Below, piece after piece: positions 49,925-55,485 of a stretch of DNA of 55,485 nucleotides (position 1 is the stretch's first letter; each line of letters starts with the position of its first letter). The stretch is from assembly GCF_004010195.1 (NCBI RefSeq), contig NC_057758.1, positions 9,358,623 to 9,414,107 of the forward strand, in the 5' to 3' direction. The DNA is from Chiloscyllium plagiosum (lineage: Eukaryota). Made by a program: the position numbers and the translations under genes. Below the pieces are notes generated by a model. That model had not been told where the DNA came from and did no database searches. It saw only the letters and a list, made by a program, of their open reading frames with translations.

Positions 49925-51090
49925 TCTGAATACTAACAGTTTCAGGAAAAGTGAGGTGCGACGAGACCTGGCTATTATGGTGGAATGTTGGTTGAACTTT
50001 GGCATGGAGGTGCAGCAGGCAGTGAGTAAAGCAAATTGCACGCTAGCCCTCATAGGAAGAGCGGTGAGTATCGGCGTAACGCTGTCTTGCCGCACTTATA
50101 CAGGGCCTGGGTGAGGCCAGATCTGGAGTACTGCATACAGATTTCATCTCCTCGGCTGAGGACGGATATTCTTCCTCTTGAGGCAGTCAAGCAATTGTTC
50201 GACAGACTGATTCTCAGGATGGCAGTGATGATATGTGTGGAAAGTCGAAAAGTTTGATGATAGAAAAAGCACAGTATGTCAGGCAGCATCCAATGAGCAG
50301 GAGAATTGACGTCTCATATGTGGTTCATCGAGAATTTGCAGGGGCAAGACAGTGAGACATAAATTGGTGAGGAGTGTGCATGAGGGGGCCTTAGGAAGGA
50401 TGATGATATTTGGATATAGGTAGAAAGTGATTTGATACATTGGTGGGAAGAATGGATTGGATGGGTGTGAAGGAAGCTGGGCAGGTTGGTCAAGTCAAAA
50501 GGGCGGTGTCGAGTTGGATGGTTTGACCTGTGATGAGATGGGAAGAGGGGAGATGAGGGAAATGGTGAAATGGACATTGATTCCGTGCGTTTGGACAGTC
50601 CCAAGCAGAAGATGAGATTCCGTTCTTTCAGTTGGCGGGTGGCTTTGCTTTGGCAGTGAATGAAGGACAGAAAAGATTGATTCGACTGGGCTTATATTTA
50701 CTGGAATTGAGAAGAATGATGGGCAGTGTCACAGAAATATATGAGATCCCTATGGAGCTGGATACGTTAGATTCGGGAAAAGTGTTGCTGATGTTAGTGA
50801 TGTTGATGAAGTCTAGAAGTGGGGATCAGAGTCTGATAATAAGGAGTATGCCAGTCAGGGTTGAGATGAGGAAGAATTTCACCATTCAGAGAGTTGTGAA
50901 CTGTTGAATTCTCTCCCGTAGGTTGTTGTTCCGGCCAGTTCATTAGATACATTCAAGTAGATATGAGGAGAGGGTGGTAATGAGATACTGAGGTTTAATG
51001 ATCAGCCATGACTCTATCTTATGATGTTGCGGGCTGGAAGGACTGAATGCTCTACTTCTGCATCCATTATCTAAATTTCTATGTTTCTAA
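49925..51090 (+). mobile_element. Old CR1 3' fragment, interrupted
   Basis: LYRAWVRPDLEYCIQ..LEAV; RLGLYLLELRR. Confidence 0.7.
50240..50650 (-). mobile_element. Neptune-like PLE 3' fragment joined to the short-element sequence
   Basis: Minus strand reads ATRQLKERNLIFCLG / TVQTHGINVHF (frameshifted GIY-YIG C-terminus), then a pyrimidine-rich UTR, then GACGTCAATTCTCCTGCTC..GGATGCTGCCTGAC. Confidence 0.65.
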
Positions 51091-51507
51091 TATTGCGAAT
51101 ATGGTACTGCACTAATAAGGACAGCAATACCCTTCATTTTTGTATATTCAATGGCTATTGTCATCCCAAAGGCATTTGTTAACCCCTTTCTACAATATTA
51201 CTTTCATACTACTTGTGGCAGGAATTGTTTACCCACTCACTCTGCATCTCATTCATGGTCATTCGCATGAAGGTTCAAGCAAATGAGGCTGCTTACGATA
51301 GTGCTGTCAAAATGGACATCCTGACCAACCCAGTCATCCTGAATGTACATGACTTTTTTTTTTAAAATGAACTAACAATATCGATATGAATTTTCATTTG
51401 ATATCTGGTTTGTCACGCAAGTAAATAGAACCCTTGGGCCTGTATTTGTTAAATGAATGCAACTCATGCTAATTATGAATAAACTAATTAATTCCTTTGT
51501 GGATTCA

Positions 51508-51544
51508 TAAGTACATAAATGAGTACATAAATAAGTACATAAAT
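51508..51544 (+). repeat. Three tandem copies of AGTACATAAAT at the expected TATA position of gene B
   Basis: Direct reading; ends about 55 nt upstream of ATG 51600. Confidence 0.8.
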
Positions 51545-51599
51545 AGCTATGTCCACCGCCAGTCAGTGTCTTCCTGTTCCTACATAATTCACTGAGAAA

Positions 51600-51669
51600 A
51601 TGGATAAAACAGTAATAATGCTGGTCAAAGAGTTTTACTACCCGATTATTGCAATCATCGGTATACCTG
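51600..51669 (+). CDS. GPR139-like GPCR gene B, coding exon 1 (MDKTVIMLVKEFYYPIIAIIGIP)
   Basis: AAAATGG start, YYP..A..G.P motif, phase-1 donor G|GTGAGT. Confidence 0.92.
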
Positions 51670-52149
51670 GTGAGTGATTACTGTCTGTTTCTTTATATAT
51701 GCGATGATATGGATGTGTTGGTGTTGAACTGGGATGGAAAAACTCAGAAGTCAAACGACACCAGGATATTTTCAGGTGTCTTCACCTAATTACGAGCAGT
51801 GCTCCAAAAGCTTGTGATTTCAAATAAACCTGTTGAACACTAAACTGATGTCGTCTGACTTATGATTAAGTAATTGGTAATGACTATTGCATTTTTCCTA
51901 CTATAAAACAGAAAGGTCATGGTTTCTGCAGAATAAGGCTTCTAAATCCGCTCGTCAGGTGAGAAAACATTCTTTTCGATCATGCTGCATCTGCCTTAAT
52001 AAAATAACATTACTCCAGTTGCAATATTTTTGAAATTACTGCACAAATGTTTTAGTAGCGTTGCGTATCACTCTGTGCAGTTCAGACTGAGGTTATAATG
52101 GTATTTCAGGTATCTATGGTATTTATAAAATGGTAATGGGATATATAAA

Positions 52150-52580
52150 ATGTGCAGAGGAGATTTACCAGGATGTTGCCTGGAATGGAGAATAGGTCAC
52201 ACGAGGAAAAGTTGAGAGTGCTAGGCCTTTTGTCATTGGAACGGCGAAGGATGAGGGGTGTCTTGATAGAGGTTTATAAGATGATCAGGGAATAGATAGA
52301 GTAGACAGTGAGAGACTTTTCCCTGGGTACAACAGAGTGTTACAAGGGGACATACATTTAAGGTGAAGGGTGGAAGGTATAGGGAGGATGTCATGGGTAG
52401 GTTCTTTCCCCAGAGATTGGTGGGGGCATGGAATGTGCTGCCTGTGGGAGTGGCAGAGTCAGAATCATTGGTGACCTTTAAGTGGCAATTGGATAGGTAC
52501 ATGGATAGATGCTTAAGCTAGCACAACATCGTGGGCCGAAGGGCCTGTTCTGTGCTGTATTGTTCTATGTTGTATATCTA
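52150..52580 (+). mobile_element. CR1 3' fragment in the gene B intron
   Basis: VQRRFTRMLPG coding remnant; GGGCCGAAGGGCCTGTTCTGTGCTGT..TTCTATG tail. Confidence 0.88.
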
Positions 52581-52740
52581 TGTATCACTTTCAGTGCAAT
52601 GTCCAGATAATGACCTTCATTGTTCAATTCTTTTTCATATTGATGCTCAGTAAATGGAATAAATTATTCTCAGCAAGTGCTTCTTAATAAATGGCAATCA
52701 GTTGTTAAAACATGTCTAATCTTGTCTCTCCTCCTTACAG

Positions 52741-53651
52741 CAAATGTGATGACACTTATAATTCTGTCTCGAAGGAACTGTGGTGTTTCTAAATGCATGT
52801 CGGTTTACATGGCAGGCATGGCCTCAGCGGATCTAATGATTATTTTCATTGACGTAATCTTATACCGCATTTTCAGTTTTCATTTTCCATTTTCATTCTT
52901 GTCACATACTCCAGTGTGCAGGACGATTTTATATACAATGATTTCCAGCGTTGACTTATCTGTTTGGTTCACAGTTTCCTTCACATTTGACCGTTTTGCA
53001 GCCATCTTTGATCCGAAATTTAAACGAAGATTCTGCACCCCAAGAAATGCTGGCGTAGTAATAACAACGTTCTCTTTTGTCAGTTTTCTCAAGAATATTC
53101 CGACTTTGTTTGCGTATGAAAACCAACAAATAATTGACGGAGTGCAGTGGGGATGTCAGTCAAGTGCGGATTTTTTTTTCTCACCACCAGGTATAGCTTT
53201 CGTTTGGTTTCACAGCAGCTGGGTCGTTTGGGTTCCTTTCACACTGATTCTCCTGTTTAATTCTTTGACCATACGCTCTATTCTACTGGCCAATAGAATA
53301 CGCCAAGCCCTCAAAAGTTGTAGCAATAAAAATTGCAGTGATCCAGAGATTGAGAACCGGAAGAAATCCATCATTCTATTGTTCTCTGTGTCAGGTTGCT
53401 TCATATTGTTTTGGTTGACAGCTTCCGTGAGCTTTGTGTCAACTAGAATATCAAACACCACTTATTACAAAGGCGACTACAATGATCCAGGATATATCGC
53501 CCATGAAGCAGGGACATTGCTGAAATTTTTGATTTGTTTACAGAACCCATTCATTTATGTAATAACCCAGAGGAAATTCAGAAATGCACTGAAAAATATG
53601 ATGAGATGTCTCTGGCCATTAATGTTGAGACCAGTTGGGAAATGGAACTAA
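52741..53651 (+). CDS. GPR139-like class A GPCR gene B, coding exon 2 (326 aa spliced)
   Basis: CTCCTTACAG acceptor ending at 52740; MASADL, SVWFTVSFTFDRF, VPFTLILLFN, NPFIY, KFR; stop TAA; AATAAA at 53658-53663. Confidence 0.93.
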
Positions 53652-53951
53652 AAGTAAAATAAAAATTCTAACAAATGAATTTCATTTGCATAGCTTTTTT
53701 AAAAAATCATTGCGTGTCTTGCTTTGTTGTGTTTCGTAAAAATGCATGAATTATTTTTCTCATAGTTATTTTATTTTGTAACAGATGTTGTTGTCTTTAT
53801 TAGTTGAATTCCACTTCTCCAACCTGCTTGCAGGTTCATCGTGACAGCAAAAGCAACATCTGCTGAAGTTCGCCATTCAGTCCGTCCATTCTGCTCTGCC
53901 ATTCAAGGAAGTGATGTTTCATATTTCCACAGTCTTGTCATTTCTCCATGA

Positions 53952-54166
53952 GCTGGAAATGTGTTGCTGGAAAAGCGCATCAGGTCAGGCAGCATCCAGG
54001 GAACAGGAGAATCGACGTTTCGGGCATAAGCCCTTCCTGAAGAAGGGCTTATGCCCAAAACGTCGATTCTCCTGTTCCATGGATGCTGCCTGACCTGCTG
54101 CGCTTTTCCAGCAACACATTTCCAGCTCTGATCTCCAGCATCTGCAGACCTCACTTTCTCCTCAAA
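53952..54166 (+). mobile_element. Palindromic PLE-derived short element with back-to-back hammerhead remnants
   Basis: 13-bp TSD CATTTCTCCATGA (53939-53951 / 54167-54179); near-perfect arms about 53950-54035 / 54043-54128. Confidence 0.88.
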
Positions 54167-54369
54167 CATTTCTCCATGACCCCGGCTTTCCGAGAAACAT
54201 CTATTCCAAACGGAGGAGAAAAAAATTACAATAACTTTGGATTGGATATTTGGGCGAGGAAGGAAATCAGTTATATTCTGGATACAGGAGTCCATCAAAT
54301 CAATTTTTTTCTCGTTTATAAATTTATTACTGCAAGTGTTGTAATTTTCAATTTTGTCAGATATATAAA

Positions 54370-54930
54370 ATCAAAAGAACTCGGAGTAGGAATTGGCTGT
54401 CCAGCCCTTCGAGCCTGCTTCGCCACTCAATAAGATTATGGCTTATCTTTTTGTGGACTCATCTCCATTTACCCGCCTTTTCACCATATCCCTTAATTCC
54501 TTTCTTTTTCAAAAACACATCCACATTCTTTTTAATAGCGATTACTGAAGTGGCGGAAACTCCTTACCAGGGCAAGGAATTCCAAAAAATAAAAGCCTTC
54601 TGGGCGAAGAAGTTCCTTCTCAGTTAAATTCTAAGCCTGTTTCCTCGAATCTTGAGGCTATGCCCTCTTGGCCTAGTTTTACCTCCCTATCGAAAGGTCC
54701 TATCTATTTCTATTTTATTGATTCCCTTCATAATTTTATGTGTTTCTATAAGTTTCCCCCTTCATTATGCTGAATTCCAATGAAGATAATCCAAATCTAC
54801 TCAGGCTGTCCTCATAAGCCAACCCCTAAGACTCCGGAATCAACCCAGCGAACCTCCTCTGCACCCCCACCAGTGCCAACCCATCCTTTCTAAACTAAAG
54901 AGACCAAATCTGTAGACAGTACTCAAGGTG
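54370..54930 (-). mobile_element. CR1 3' fragment
   Basis: Similarity to CR1 3' ends (AACCTCCTCTGCACC = reverse complement of VQRR codons). Confidence 0.7.
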
Positions 54931-55485
54931 TGTATCCATGACATTTTGTGTAAATGTTGAAGTAGATTTCAGTAGCGGTCTCATTCCCAAAGAACAAAGA
55001 CCTACGTGATGTGTGTTTAATGGATGAAATCGAGGGAAACCGACAGAATTAACACAGACTTCGAGCATTGGTTTACCTCAGTTGGCTGGATTGTTATTTT
55101 GTGAAACGGCATGTTATCGGCAGCATGTATTCAATTCCATCGCTGATCTGAGATTGCTGTGAAGCTTTCTGTCTCAAGCTCTTACCTTGCATGAGGTCTG
55201 CTGGCCCTCAGGTTAAATCACCACCAGTCGCATACATTTCTAATGAGAAAGCAACACCTATGGTATGGTAACGGAGAAGCAGAATATCAAAATGTTGTCT
55301 GTATTAATTGTCCTTATTGATATCAGGAATTTTATTTTTGTTTGTGCAGAGCGTTGTTGTCGTGTATTTGTCTGTGAAAAACTCTGAAAGTAATCCAAAA
55401 GTTGCAAATATTTTAGGAAAGTGTGATAGATGGTAAACATTGAGGATTAAAATGGTGTAATTTAAGTGTTGTGTCAGATTGGATA

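Noticed and set aside
4400..53651. Identical exon sizes (70 + 911 nt) in genes A and B as evidence of recent duplication
   Set aside because: The proteins are highly diverged and the equal length results from compensating indels.

Overview
Vertebrate genomic DNA, most likely from a shark or other cartilaginous fish (inferred from HE1-type SINEs, HER1/CR1 LINEs and divergent GPR139-like receptors). There is an assembly gap at 214-488. The window holds a small cluster of two-exon GPR139/GPR142-like class A GPCRs: two intact + strand genes (2562-2631/4400-5310 and 51600-51669/52741-53651, 326 aa each), one disrupted - strand pseudogene (38811-39697), and an extra intact first exon (48191-48356) whose only downstream partner in the window is exon 2 of the second gene. 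Most of the remaining sequence is decayed retrotransposon: nested CR1 LINEs, L1 pieces, SINEs and two clades of Penelope-like elements (PLEs). Highlights are about a dozen minimal hammerhead-ribozyme motifs, many in tiny, often palindromic, TSD-flanked insertions; an insertion that carries an inverted copy of its own flank; a possible alternative-first-exon receptor; and an internally deleted L1 whose 15-bp TSD is the KFADD codons of a CR1 reverse transcriptase. Repeat boundaries were read by eye and are approximate unless a TSD is given.
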